NCBI GenBank assembly: GCA_963710605.1
Contig: CAVQBA010000006.1
Location: forward strand, 480,001-544,000
Length of the DNA: 64,000 bases
Source: an uncultured cyanobacterium
GTDB lineage: Bacteria > Cyanobacteriota > Cyanobacteriia > Cyanobacteriales > Cyanobacteriaceae
Direction: 5' to 3'
A model generated the notes under the pieces. The model saw only the letters and a list, made by a program, of their open reading frames with translations, had not been told where the DNA came from and made no database searches. The position numbers and the translations under genes are program-made. This document shows positions 41,731 to 53,207 of this stretch, piece after piece. The first letter of the stretch is position 1, and the number at the start of each line of letters is the position of its first letter.

Positions 41731-42600
41731 TTAATCGATCGCTACTTTTAACTGTTTATTATTTTTCGATTTAGATTTTTTTTCGGTCTCAATAAAATCA
41801 CATTGAGCGAAAGGTTTAATTAATCTGAGTGTGGCTTTATCTAAATCGAAATCTTCAGGAAATAAAGTAAATCGATCGTAACAAGCATTTGTTAATTGAG
41901 TATCTGTTAAATCAGTCATTTGTAAATCAACTCCTCGCAAATCAGTATTTGTCAAATCGCTTTCGTTTAATATTGCTTGAGCTAAATTACTTTTATTCAA
42001 TTTACTTTGACTCAAATTAACCTCACTCAAATCTGCTCCTCTAAAATTAGTAGAAGTTAAGTTTAATTGATTAAGTTGAGCTTCACTTAAATCTGCACCT
42101 TCTAATAAAGAAGATAAAGGATAATTATTATTATCTAATAGTAAACTATCTTTTAAAAAAATAATGATATAACGTTTTCTTTTACCATCTATCTCAGCTA
42201 AAGCAGTTTGCGTAATTGCTTTTAATAAATAATGATTTTCTTGCAGTTTTTTCAGCGGATAATCTAATATTAATTGAGCAGTATAATTAAGATAATCAGT
42301 TAATACCTTTTGATGATAACTTTCTAATTCGAGAGTATAATTAGCATTATTATCTTGTATTTGTAAAGGACGATACAGAAACTGTTCACTAAATAAATTA
42401 GAAAGAGTGACAAAACCGATGATTAGAGTAGTAGTAGCAGTAATTAAAGAACCAACAATAGGACCTATGGCAATATCAGGTATATGGACAGAAGAAGTAA
42501 TAGATTGAGCGATCGCATTTAAAAAAATAGAGAAAGCTTTTTGTAAATTCTGGAGAAATTTAACGAAGAAACCAGAAGATGGTAATTTATCTTTTGACAT
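41731..42600 (-). CDS. Membrane-anchored pentapeptide repeat protein
   Basis: A(D/N)Lxx repeats in the C-terminal half; N-terminal hydrophobic segment. Confidence 0.85.
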   Translation of the reverse strand: MSKDKLPSSGFFVKFLQNLQKAFSIFLNAIAQSITSSVHIPDIAIGPIVGSLITATTTLIIGFVTLSNLFSEQFLYRPLQIQDNNANYTLELESYHQKVLTDYLNYTAQLILDYPLKKLQENHYLLKAITQTALAEIDGKRKRYIIIFLKDSLLLDNNNYPLSSLLEGADLSEAQLNQLNLTSTNFRGADLSEVNLSQSKLNKSNLAQAILNESDLTNTDLRGVDLQMTDLTDTQLTNACYDRFTLFPEDFDLDKATLRLIKPFAQCDFIETEKKSKSKNNKQLKVAID

Positions 42601-42753
42601 AAGTGGTTAATAATATTTAATCAAACAAGGGTAATTTATTAGCGATAAATTTTCAAGATTAGTAAAAAAACAGCTAAGATTTAAATAAGAAATAAACAAT
42701 TTTTTCATGGGTTGGCTATTTACTAACAAAAACATCATCACTCAATCTAAACT

Positions 42754-44622
42754 ATGAATAGTGGGACGGCAACAATTCGATGTGTCAACAAAAAATGTAA
42801 AACAATTAACGAAATTCAAAATACATTTTGCCATCGATGTAACACTCCTATCTTGAGAAACTATTTATGGATTAAAGGAGAATTTAGTCAAAATTATAAA
42901 GTAGGCGATTTAATCGACGATCGTTTTCGTTTATGTTATTCCAAAGTGGTAATTGATACCAAACCAGATATAACGATTCGCACCCCAGAAGTTATTCCTG
43001 AAGAAATCAAACCTTATTTGAGGTTATTTTCTCATCGTCTTCATTTGCCTCAAATTTATGGTTATTTAAGTTTTCCCGAACAAGCATGGCTTTTAGAATA
43101 TGAAAGTGTGCCAATCAATAATCAAGGTGATTTAATTTATCCTCGGTTTTTTCCCGGTATTGAATCTTGCCTGAAGAAAGTTTCACCTTTACGGCAAATG
43201 AATTGGTTATGGCAGATTGTACAACTGTGGCAACCATTATCACAACAAAAAAGTTTATCGAGTTTATTTAGCTTTGAAAATATACGTGTGAATGGTTCTA
43301 TTGTTAAATTAATTGAATTAGAATTAGATCAACAAACAACCCCGACTTTAGCTGATTTGGGTGATTTGTTTTATAGTTGGCTTCCTCTTTTTGATCCTTT
43401 AATTGAAAATATTATTGAAAATATTACTTTGTCTTTACAACAAAATCTATTTAGCAATATTGATCAAGTATTAAATATCTTAGACCAAAGTATTTATATT
43501 TTAGGTAACAATTATTACGATCGAAAATTTGAATTAATTACCGCTACTGATACAGGTAAAAAAAGAAAAAATAATGAAGATGCCTGTTATCCTGAACCTA
43601 ATCAGCTTAAGAAAACCACTAAAGAATTAGACACTTTGGCTGTAATTTGTGATGGTTTAGGCGGACAAGATGGAGGAGAAGTTGCTTCTAATTTAGCGAT
43701 TGAAATTATTCACAAAAGTTTACAAAATAGTTACAAAGAAACTTTAAAAAAGACACTATATAGTAAAAATTGGACTCCTTTAATTGATGCTGAAAAAATA
43801 TATCATGCTATTTCTGAAGCTAATAATAAAATCACCCATTTAAACAACAATCAAAAACGACGTAAGTTACAAAGAATGGGTACAACCGCTACTATTAGTA
43901 TGGCAGTAGCCCACGAAATATATTTAGCCAATGTTGGTGATTCTCGTATTTATTGGATTACACCTTACAGTTGTCATCAAGTTAGTATTGATGATAATAT
44001 CGCCACGAAAAAAGTTAAAAAAGGTGATGATTTATATCGTTCTATCAGTGCTAATCGTAAATCAGGAACTTTGTTACAAGCATTAGGAATGAATTTTTCT
44101 AGTCATTTAAAAATACATATTAAAAGATTAATACTCGATGAAGATAGTGTTTTTTTGTTATGCTCAGATGGTTTGTCTGATTACAATCGAGTTGAACAAT
44201 ATTGGCGTTCAGAAATATTACCAATTATTAAACAAAACAAAGATTTAGAACAAGTGATGCAAAGCCTAATGCAAATTGGGCTCAAGAAAAATGGACATGA
44301 TAATATTACGATCGCTTTATTTTCTTGTCAAGTTGAAATGCTCTCACAGCCACGTAAAGAACAAGAATTATCATGGCAATACTTAAATGAGATTATCACT
44401 GATTTACCTAAACCACAATTTAAAAATGATAACTGGTTCAATTCATTGTGGAATACATCTTTTGTTCACAAAACTGATAATAACAAAATTAGAAATATAA
44501 TTCTCATTCTTCTAACTTCTTCATTACTAGTTTCTGCGGTGTTGTTTTGGCATCACAAAAAATCATCTCCACAGCAATCACACAGACAAAATCTAGCTAA
44601 AATTCAAAATCTCAACAATTAA
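42754..44622 (+). CDS. PP2C-family protein phosphatase with N-terminal Zn ribbon and C-terminal TM
   Basis: NEDA, CDGLGG, MGTT, NVGDSR, CSDGL, GHDN. Confidence 0.9.
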   Translation: MNSGTATIRCVNKKCKTINEIQNTFCHRCNTPILRNYLWIKGEFSQNYKVGDLIDDRFRLCYSKVVIDTKPDITIRTPEVIPEEIKPYLRLFSHRLHLPQIYGYLSFPEQAWLLEYESVPINNQGDLIYPRFFPGIESCLKKVSPLRQMNWLWQIVQLWQPLSQQKSLSSLFSFENIRVNGSIVKLIELELDQQTTPTLADLGDLFYSWLPLFDPLIENIIENITLSLQQNLFSNIDQVLNILDQSIYILGNNYYDRKFELITATDTGKKRKNNEDACYPEPNQLKKTTKELDTLAVICDGLGGQDGGEVASNLAIEIIHKSLQNSYKETLKKTLYSKNWTPLIDAEKIYHAISEANNKITHLNNNQKRRKLQRMGTTATISMAVAHEIYLANVGDSRIYWITPYSCHQVSIDDNIATKKVKKGDDLYRSISANRKSGTLLQALGMNFSSHLKIHIKRLILDEDSVFLLCSDGLSDYNRVEQYWRSEILPIIKQNKDLEQVMQSLMQIGLKKNGHDNITIALFSCQVEMLSQPRKEQELSWQYLNEIITDLPKPQFKNDNWFNSLWNTSFVHKTDNNKIRNIILILLTSSLLVSAVLFWHHKKSSPQQSHRQNLAKIQNLNN

Positions 44623-44647
44623 TAGACGATCGTTCTATTACTAATTA

Positions 44648-45349
44648 TTAATTATTATCCAAATCTAAACTATTAATTTTGGTGTAGGCTTGATCAACAA
44701 AACCTTGACCTCGAAGATAACCTGTGTTTGCACCCGGGAGGATGTATTGTAAATTATGTTCATCAAAACGATCGTTTAATCGTTGTAAACTTCTCAGTTG
44801 TCGATGCCAATGAAAAGTTTTCTTAAGTTTTAAGGCAGTTATTTGTGAAGGCGAAATCGGTAATAAATGTCTTCCTGAGAACAAAACACCATTATGGATA
44901 GAAGTATATAAACAAGAAGAAGCAGGGCTATAACCACAAGTCCAAATTAGTTGACAATCTCGATCGATGATATACTCTTGCTCAAAAGTAATTGGTGCTA
45001 AATTAGGAAGTAAATAACCTTCTTGTTCTTGAATAATCAAATCGCAGTTTAAATCTTGTTTGATTTGACGAACTTTTTTACTAATACCATCACGATTAGT
45101 TAGAAACAGAGTTTTAACGCCTCCTTTATCTAAACAAAATTGACGGTTAGACTCTGACCATAAAGGACAATCAATCAGAATATTACCATTAGGACGTAAC
45201 AATAAATAAGCAGTACCACCTAAAATATCTTTGTTAGGAGCAAAAGCAAAAATATTTTCCAGAATTAATTTAGGATATGAAGAGCGTTTTTTAATAGGAG
45301 TAATTAATTCTTGATCATTTGGTAAGCTAGAGTTTAGACTATTGTTCAT
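44648..45349 (-). CDS. MBL-fold metallo-hydrolase-like protein
   Basis: GNILID, LFLTN, VLFSGRHL, ILPG; metal histidines degenerate. Confidence 0.75.
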   Translation of the reverse strand: MNNSLNSSLPNDQELITPIKKRSSYPKLILENIFAFAPNKDILGGTAYLLLRPNGNILIDCPLWSESNRQFCLDKGGVKTLFLTNRDGISKKVRQIKQDLNCDLIIQEQEGYLLPNLAPITFEQEYIIDRDCQLIWTCGYSPASSCLYTSIHNGVLFSGRHLLPISPSQITALKLKKTFHWHRQLRSLQRLNDRFDEHNLQYILPGANTGYLRGQGFVDQAYTKINSLDLDNN

Positions 45350-45440
45350 CAGTAAATTTATTATTAATTTATATTCTTCTTTTTCAGTTCACCAAGAATA
45401 TCTTTAAAATAGAAGATAGAGTTACTATTATAAAGAAAAC

Positions 45441-46964
45441 ATGGAATTAATTATTCTATTTACTATTTTGAGTACTATCAGTTACATAGTCATCAAAAGA
45501 AGTGTGGGTAAAATAACCAAAACACCAATGTACTTACTTTGGTTAGCGTTGATGAGTCCGCCTTTAGTTTGGGCAGGATGGTATTTAATAAACCCGAATC
45601 AAGATTCCATGCCGATTATTTTGGTAGTGATTCCATTGATTTTTTCACCTCTATTGTATGTTTGGTTAATCGAGATTGGTAAATCTAATTCAGAAGAAAA
45701 ACCAATTCCACAAAAACCTAATTCAATCAAGCTTGAAAAAGCTAATCTCTCCCAATCCACTACACCAGTACTAGAAGAGAAAACCCAACTACCAAATAAT
45801 CCTCAACCACGCCCGATTACCTCAAGCGAAGAAAAAGCTTTAAAAGATTGTTTTCCTTGGGGCGTTTATTATTTACAAAAAGTAGATTATTTACCTCAAG
45901 CAATTCTTTGTTTAGGTAAGCTAATGACTGCACCAGAAAAAGCTTATCCGACGATTAAAGCTAATTTAGAAAAAGTTTTTGACGATCGTTTTTTAATTAT
46001 CTTTCAAGAAACCTTACAAGGTCAACCATTTTTTGCTTTAGTACCTAACCCTTATTCTCAGAGTAACCAAGAAAAAAAACCGACTGAAAAACTAACTCGC
46101 CCCGGTTTTGCTTTAGGATTATTATTCTTAACTTTATTGACAACTACCTTAATCGGTTGTGAGATGAATGGTGTTGTTATCGAAGCACTTGAAAGTGACC
46201 CTTGGTTACTAGCACAGGGTTTACCTTACAGTTTGTCTTTATTAGCTATTTTAGGAGTTCACGAATCAGGACATTATTTATTCGCTGTTTATTATAAAAT
46301 TAAAACTACGTTACCTTATTTTATTCCCATACCTTTTTTCCTCGGTACTTTCGGTGCATTCATCTCCATTAAAGCACCAATGCCTAATCGTAAAGCTATA
46401 TTTGATGTAGCGTTAGCTGGCCCGATTGCGGGTTTTTTAATTACTTTACCTGTTTTAACTTGGGGGTTAAGTTATTCGGAGATAGTAGATATGCCTCAGA
46501 CTGTCAATATACTTAATTTTCATGCTTTAGATCCTCGTTTTTCTTTCTTTTTCGCAGTTTTAAGTAAACTCGCTTTAGGCTCTCAATTAGTAGCGGGTAA
46601 GGCAATTTACCTTCATCCTACTGCCATTGCCGGTTATATTGGTTTAATTGTGACTGCACTTAATCTTATTCCTGTCGGGCAACTAGATGGTGGACATATT
46701 GTTCATGCTATGTTTGGACAAGGTAAAGCTTTAGTCATTGGTCAAATCACTCGTATTTTAGTTATTCTTTTAGCCCTAATTCGAGGTGAATTTTTGTTTT
46801 GGGCAATCATCTTACTATTTATGCCAATTTCTGATCAACCAGCTTTAAATGATGTTACTGAATTAGATAACAAAAGAGATATTCTTGGTTTATTAGCTTT
46901 AGGTTTATTAGTCGCTATTTTATTACCTGTACCTGCAACTGTAGCTGATTGGTTAAATCTTTAA
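45441..46964 (+). CDS. Site-2 protease (M50)
   Basis: HESGH, AGP, NLIPVGQLDGG. Confidence 0.92.
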   Translation: MELIILFTILSTISYIVIKRSVGKITKTPMYLLWLALMSPPLVWAGWYLINPNQDSMPIILVVIPLIFSPLLYVWLIEIGKSNSEEKPIPQKPNSIKLEKANLSQSTTPVLEEKTQLPNNPQPRPITSSEEKALKDCFPWGVYYLQKVDYLPQAILCLGKLMTAPEKAYPTIKANLEKVFDDRFLIIFQETLQGQPFFALVPNPYSQSNQEKKPTEKLTRPGFALGLLFLTLLTTTLIGCEMNGVVIEALESDPWLLAQGLPYSLSLLAILGVHESGHYLFAVYYKIKTTLPYFIPIPFFLGTFGAFISIKAPMPNRKAIFDVALAGPIAGFLITLPVLTWGLSYSEIVDMPQTVNILNFHALDPRFSFFFAVLSKLALGSQLVAGKAIYLHPTAIAGYIGLIVTALNLIPVGQLDGGHIVHAMFGQGKALVIGQITRILVILLALIRGEFLFWAIILLFMPISDQPALNDVTELDNKRDILGLLALGLLVAILLPVPATVADWLNL

Positions 46965-47006
46965 AAGTCACCGAATCAGTAGTAAAGACTTTAGTTTTTA
47001 TTAAAT

Positions 47007-47417
47007 ATGGTAAATATGAACGATCGATTTAGTTATCAAAGAACAATTTATTTTAAAGATACAGATGCGGCGGGAGTTGTTTATTTTGCTAACTTGTTAT
47101 CTATCTGTCATGAAGCTTATGAAGAATATTTAGCCAGCAATCTACAAATTAATTTAGCTACTTTTTTTACTGATAAACTAATGGCTATTCCTATAATTCA
47201 TAGTGAAATAAGTTTTTTACAACCGTTGTTGTGTGGCGATCGTATTTTAGTTTTTCTCACACCTCAATTAATTAATGATAAAGTACTAGAAACTCATTAT
47301 CAAATCTATAAAGACCAAGAAATTGTTGGCAATGCTTTAATTAGGCATATTTGTATTAATCCTCAAACCCGAAAAACTCAACCGCTTCCTGATATTTTTA
47401 AAATTATTAATCATTAA
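47007..47417 (+). CDS. menI: 1,4-dihydroxy-2-naphthoyl-CoA hydrolase (hotdog thioesterase)
   Basis: DTDAAGVVYFAN..CHEAYE. Confidence 0.8.
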   Translation: MVNMNDRFSYQRTIYFKDTDAAGVVYFANLLSICHEAYEEYLASNLQINLATFFTDKLMAIPIIHSEISFLQPLLCGDRILVFLTPQLINDKVLETHYQIYKDQEIVGNALIRHICINPQTRKTQPLPDIFKIINH

Positions 47418-47589
47418 AGATTATTCACAAATTCTTGCTTGATATTTTATCTTTAAATTTTTACTTAGGTTACTTACTGCTTACTTTTTAACTTTTAATT
47501 ATCAAAATAAGAACGATCGTTCTTACACTAATTGTTAAGACACAGGTTAATATGATGAAAGAAAAGCTTGAATAACGATCGAGATTGTC

Positions 47590-47970
47590 ATGAACGAAAA
47601 ACTAAATGCAGAATCTCTTGATTCATCAGAATTAGAACACACTCGTACACCTCCGTGGGGTACAGTAACGATGTTAGAAGAAGGTAGCCATTACCGTATT
47701 AATAGAATTGTAGTCAAACCTAGTCATCATATTAGTACTCAAATGCACTATCATCGAAGTGAACATTGGGTAGTAGTAGCAGGTACAGCAAAAGTCACAT
47801 TTAACGGTGAAGAAACACTCCTGCTTCCTAAACAATCAACGTATGTACCCATGAATACACGTCATCGTGTCGAAAATCCCGGTGTTGTGCCATTAGTGAT
47901 GATTGAGATTCAAAATGGTGAACATTTAGGTGATGATGATATTATTCGTTTTGGTGACGAAGAAGGCTAG
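47590..47970 (+). CDS. Cupin, mannose-6-phosphate isomerase type II C-terminal domain
   Basis: PPWG, QMHYHRSEHW, HRVENPG, GDDDIIR. Confidence 0.88.
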   Translation: MNEKLNAESLDSSELEHTRTPPWGTVTMLEEGSHYRINRIVVKPSHHISTQMHYHRSEHWVVVAGTAKVTFNGEETLLLPKQSTYVPMNTRHRVENPGVVPLVMIEIQNGEHLGDDDIIRFGDEEG

Positions 47971-48052
47971 ATTAAGAATTGTTCAGTGCGAGAATTGAGA
48001 ATTGAGAATTAAGAACAGATTAGGCTTTAAAGATTAGCAATGAACAGTTAAA

Positions 48053-48165
48053 ACTCCTTACTCCTTACTCCTTACTCCTTACTCCTTGCGGTGGAAGCCC
48101 GCGTCGGCGAAAGACGCAAGGGAACGTCCACCAAGACACTCCTTACTCCTTACTCCTTACTCATT
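48053..48165. repeat. ACTCCTT heptamer array interrupted by a 50-bp GC-rich element (48088-48137)
   Basis: The element recurs inverted at 57771-57820 with one mismatch. Confidence 0.9.
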
Positions 48166-48294
48166 ACCTGTTGATGGGCGATCGATGGTTGTTAGTTGAT
48201 TGTATTATAATGAAACAACAACAGACGATCGTTTCCACAGCAAGGCGTTTGACGATCGTCAAAACAACTATATTTTTAAAGATAACTATCAATT

Positions 48295-49263
48295 GTGTTT
48301 ACTGCTAATATTCCGTCAAAACCTTCTGCACCTAATGATATACCCGAAGACTTATTCGGTGCGATCGATGAATTAAAAAAAGAATTAAATGCGGTAATTT
48401 TAGCCCATTACTATCAAGAAGGAGATATACAAGATATTGCTGATTATATCGGTGATTCTTTAGGATTATCTCAACAAGCCGCCTCCACAACTGCGGATGT
48501 TATTTTGTTTGCTGGGGTACATTTTATGGCAGAAACAGCTAAAATTCTTAACCCAAATAAATTAGTATTATTACCTGATTTAGAAGCAGGTTGCTCTTTA
48601 GCAGATAGTTGTCCTCCCGCCGAATTTGGGGCGTTTAAAGCTCAACATCCAGATCATATAGTCATTTCTTATATCAACTGTACCGCCGAAATAAAAGCAC
48701 TTAGTGATATTATCTGTACAAGTTCTAATGCGGTTAAGATAGTTAATCAAATACCAGCCAATCAACCGATTATCTTTGCTCCCGATAAAAATTTAGGTCG
48801 TTATGTGATTGAGCAAACAGGTCGAGATATGGTTTTATGGGATGGTAGTTGTATTGTTCACGAAACTTTTTCTGAGAAAAAGATGATTGAGTTAAAAATG
48901 CAACATCCTTCAGCGGAAATACTCGCTCATCCTGAATGTGAAACAACTGTTTTACGTCATGCCGATTATATTGGTTCAACTACTGCTTTGTTAAAGTATA
49001 GTCAGCAAAGTAATAAGGATAAATTTATTATCGCCACTGAGCCGGGTATTATCCATCAAATGGAAAAAAATGCCCCTGAAAAGATGTTTATTCCTGCACC
49101 ACCTGAAAGTAATTGTGCTTGTAATGAATGCCCTTATATGAGACTTAATACTCTAGAAAAAGTTTATTTAGCTCTCAAAAACAAAACTCCAGAAATAAAT
49201 ATTCCTGAACCAATTAGAGTTAAAGCACTAAAACCAATTCAAAAAATGTTGAAGATGTCTTAA
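48295..49263 (+). CDS. nadA: Quinolinate synthase
   Basis: LAHYYQ, GVHFMAE, GCSLA, HPEC, CPYM. Confidence 0.97.
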   Translation: MFTANIPSKPSAPNDIPEDLFGAIDELKKELNAVILAHYYQEGDIQDIADYIGDSLGLSQQAASTTADVILFAGVHFMAETAKILNPNKLVLLPDLEAGCSLADSCPPAEFGAFKAQHPDHIVISYINCTAEIKALSDIICTSSNAVKIVNQIPANQPIIFAPDKNLGRYVIEQTGRDMVLWDGSCIVHETFSEKKMIELKMQHPSAEILAHPECETTVLRHADYIGSTTALLKYSQQSNKDKFIIATEPGIIHQMEKNAPEKMFIPAPPESNCACNECPYMRLNTLEKVYLALKNKTPEINIPEPIRVKALKPIQKMLKMS

Positions 49264-49264
49264 T

Positions 49265-49455
49265 AGAATTGAGAATTGAGAATTGAGAATTGAGAATTGA
49301 GAATTGAGATGAATCCCTGCTTCTCACGTCTTCGGTGAGAATTGCGGTCATAACCCGCAACGAGGGCAAGTCGTAAGCGGTCATTGGACGAAGAGGTTTT
49401 CTCGCCATGTCTAATCGATCAAGATACCGAACGCTGACCAAGACGAGAATTGAGA
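49265..49455. repeat. GAGAATT heptamer array with a 101-bp GC-rich insert (49344-49444)
   Basis: Insert GCGGTCA...TGACCAAGAC flanked by GAGAATT on both sides. Confidence 0.8.
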
Positions 49456-49520
49456 TCTATAGTTATAGTTATTTCACACAAATATGAAACAATTTTTTCT
49501 CTAAATTATCAACTATCAAA

Positions 49521-49556
49521 AAAACCCGTTTAGAGTTGTTATCTAAGACGGGTTTT
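49521..49556. terminator. Hairpin terminator between convergent nadA and crtB
   Basis: AAAACCCGT-TTAGA..TCTAAG-ACGGGTTTT with A/T tracts on both sides. Confidence 0.65.
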
Positions 49557-49571
49557 CTTTCTGATTGAGTG

Positions 49572-50501
49572 TTACAAAACTTGAGCTCTTAACCATGCCA
49601 CTGGTAAATATAGCATTTTGTTGGGTGTAGGAACATAGGCACGACGACTAAAGACATCGTAGTCATTTTTGACGATCACATCAAGAATACCTTGATATAA
49701 CATCAAAGCAGACCAAACGGGCCAACGAGCGTCGGGATTTAAAGCACGAATACCGCTTTCAGCTTGTTGATAATATCCTTGAGCTCGATCGATCTGAAAT
49801 TGCATTAAACCACGCCAACGATCGTCAATTACACCATTAAGTAAATCTTCTTCAGTATAATTAAACCGATCTAAATCTTCTAAAGGTAAATAGATTCTAC
49901 CCCTGTGGATATCTTCTCCTACATCTCGTAAGATATTCGTTAGTTGGTTGGCAATTCCGAGTGCGATCGCTTCTTCTTCAGGTATATAAAGAGAAGTATT
50001 TACCCATGGAGTATTAAAACCAAAATCGTCAATTCCCATCACCGCCGAAGACATCAAACCAACTGTACCGGCGACACGATAACAGTAAAGGTATAAATCA
50101 TCAAAAGTTTGGTAACGATTACGTTTCAAATCCATATGTTGCCCTGCAATCATATCCTTAAAAGGTTGAATATCCATCGGGAAACGTCGCAGTGTATCCA
50201 CTAAAGCAACATCGGGATCATCAATTGGTTGTCCAGTAAAAACAGATTGTAATTGTTGTTCCCATAGATTAAGGGTTTCGGGAGTGGTTAATTTTGCTTG
50301 AGGGCCATCGACTAATTCATCAGTACGACGACACCAGACATAAATTGCCCAAATAGCACTCCTTTTCTCTTTGGGCATCAAAAGTGTACCTAGATAAAAA
50401 GTCTTGGAAAATTTTGCCGTTATTTGACGACAATATTCATAAGACTCATCTAAAGTAGCTAGGGGTTGTTTTGGTTGTAATTTCTTAGGCAGTTGCAGCA
50501 T
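49572..50501 (-). CDS. crtB: Phytoene synthase
   Basis: CRRTDELVD, YCYRVAGTVG, NQLTNILRDVGED. Confidence 0.97.
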   Translation of the reverse strand: MLQLPKKLQPKQPLATLDESYEYCRQITAKFSKTFYLGTLLMPKEKRSAIWAIYVWCRRTDELVDGPQAKLTTPETLNLWEQQLQSVFTGQPIDDPDVALVDTLRRFPMDIQPFKDMIAGQHMDLKRNRYQTFDDLYLYCYRVAGTVGLMSSAVMGIDDFGFNTPWVNTSLYIPEEEAIALGIANQLTNILRDVGEDIHRGRIYLPLEDLDRFNYTEEDLLNGVIDDRWRGLMQFQIDRAQGYYQQAESGIRALNPDARWPVWSALMLYQGILDVIVKNDYDVFSRRAYVPTPNKMLYLPVAWLRAQVL

Positions 50502-50897
50502 TCATCTCTGCTGAAATAATTGGTTAAATAATATAAAAAATATCAATATAATGACAAGTTAATTCATCGTTGCTCGATCGATCGTTACAAATAACGTCTC
50601 TAGAAGAACAAATCAATTACTAGGATAAAAGACAAAATAAATTGAATTAGACCAAAACAAAAGTGTTTAGTTTTTTCAATAAAAGTATTCTGCTTAATTC
50701 ATTTTAGAAAAAGAAAATACTTTAATCTAAATTTTTTTTGATCACTAGTATTGTCTCATCTTCTGGACAATTTTAATAATCGATCCTTGAGAATGATGAA
50801 CTTTAAAGTAATATAACACTATTTTGAAATAGAGTTATCTATAAGTAAACTACATGGTTTACTAATTTTAAATTACTTAATGGTTCATTATTAAAAT

Positions 50898-52334
<1,437 letters not shown>

Positions 52335-52576
52335 TTATTTTTCTGATCTTCTACATATTTCTTCAATCTATTCTAGTCGTTTTTCTTGACATTTCGTAAC
52401 AATTTCCAATATTTTTTTCAGGAAAGAAGAATTAGATGGACGATAAATCAAGTGTGAAAGATAAGTAATAATGAAAAATTAAGTCAAAAGTAAGAAAGTA
52501 AAAATTGCTAATTATTTACTGTGATAAAATGTATTAATCATTCTATAATCTATTATTTGTATCCTAAAACCTGAGT

Positions 52577-52984
52577 ATGAATTTGATTAAATATTTGCAA
52601 TATTACGAAAATATAACTGTTACTAATATTTTTTCTTTTTCTATGGATAATGATGATGAGACTTTAATTATATTTCATGCAGTTGTATGGTGCTTAAAAA
52701 AGTATTTTAACCATTCAGAAAAATCGGCGATCGAGGCAGTTAACTGTTACTATCTTAAAAACAAAAAGCGTTTTGAGGAGAGTGGTTGGGGCGATGATAT
52801 TTATCATTATCAAGGAGCTTATGACATGGTATTAAGAATACATTATTCTCAAGATTTACAATTAGGTATTGATTTGGATCATAGTTTTCTTGAGTGGAAA
52901 AAAAATAATCAAGATGCTATTGTTTTAGGAGCTACAAATCATCATGTAAGTATGCTTTATCGAGTAGTTTCAAAGACGTTATAG
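52577..52984 (+). CDS. Hypothetical protein
   Basis: 135-aa ORF only; start may be 52643. Confidence 0.5.
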   Translation: MNLIKYLQYYENITVTNIFSFSMDNDDETLIIFHAVVWCLKKYFNHSEKSAIEAVNCYYLKNKKRFEESGWGDDIYHYQGAYDMVLRIHYSQDLQLGIDLDHSFLEWKKNNQDAIVLGATNHHVSMLYRVVSKTL

Positions 52985-53207
52985 TTAAAAAACTAGTTTT
53001 AATTAAGAAGTAATAAGACTAAAAATTTACACTCAAACTATTTTTGAGCTTAAAAGTTGAAATAAATAAATAAGTAAATAAATAACGATCGTCAGTCGGT
53101 TACAAAAGATTAACGATCGTTAAAATTAGATTTATTTTTAATAACATTGTGAGATAGCAATCATAATAACTACCATCTATCTGATTCAAATTTAGATTGT
53201 AGTTATC

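Noticed and set aside
49220..49441. 73-aa ORF
   Set aside because: Read through a heptamer array and repeat insert, antisense to the nadA end.
50502..50897. About 400-bp gap between pds and crtB
   Set aside because: AT-rich with no ORF, repeat or structure I can support.
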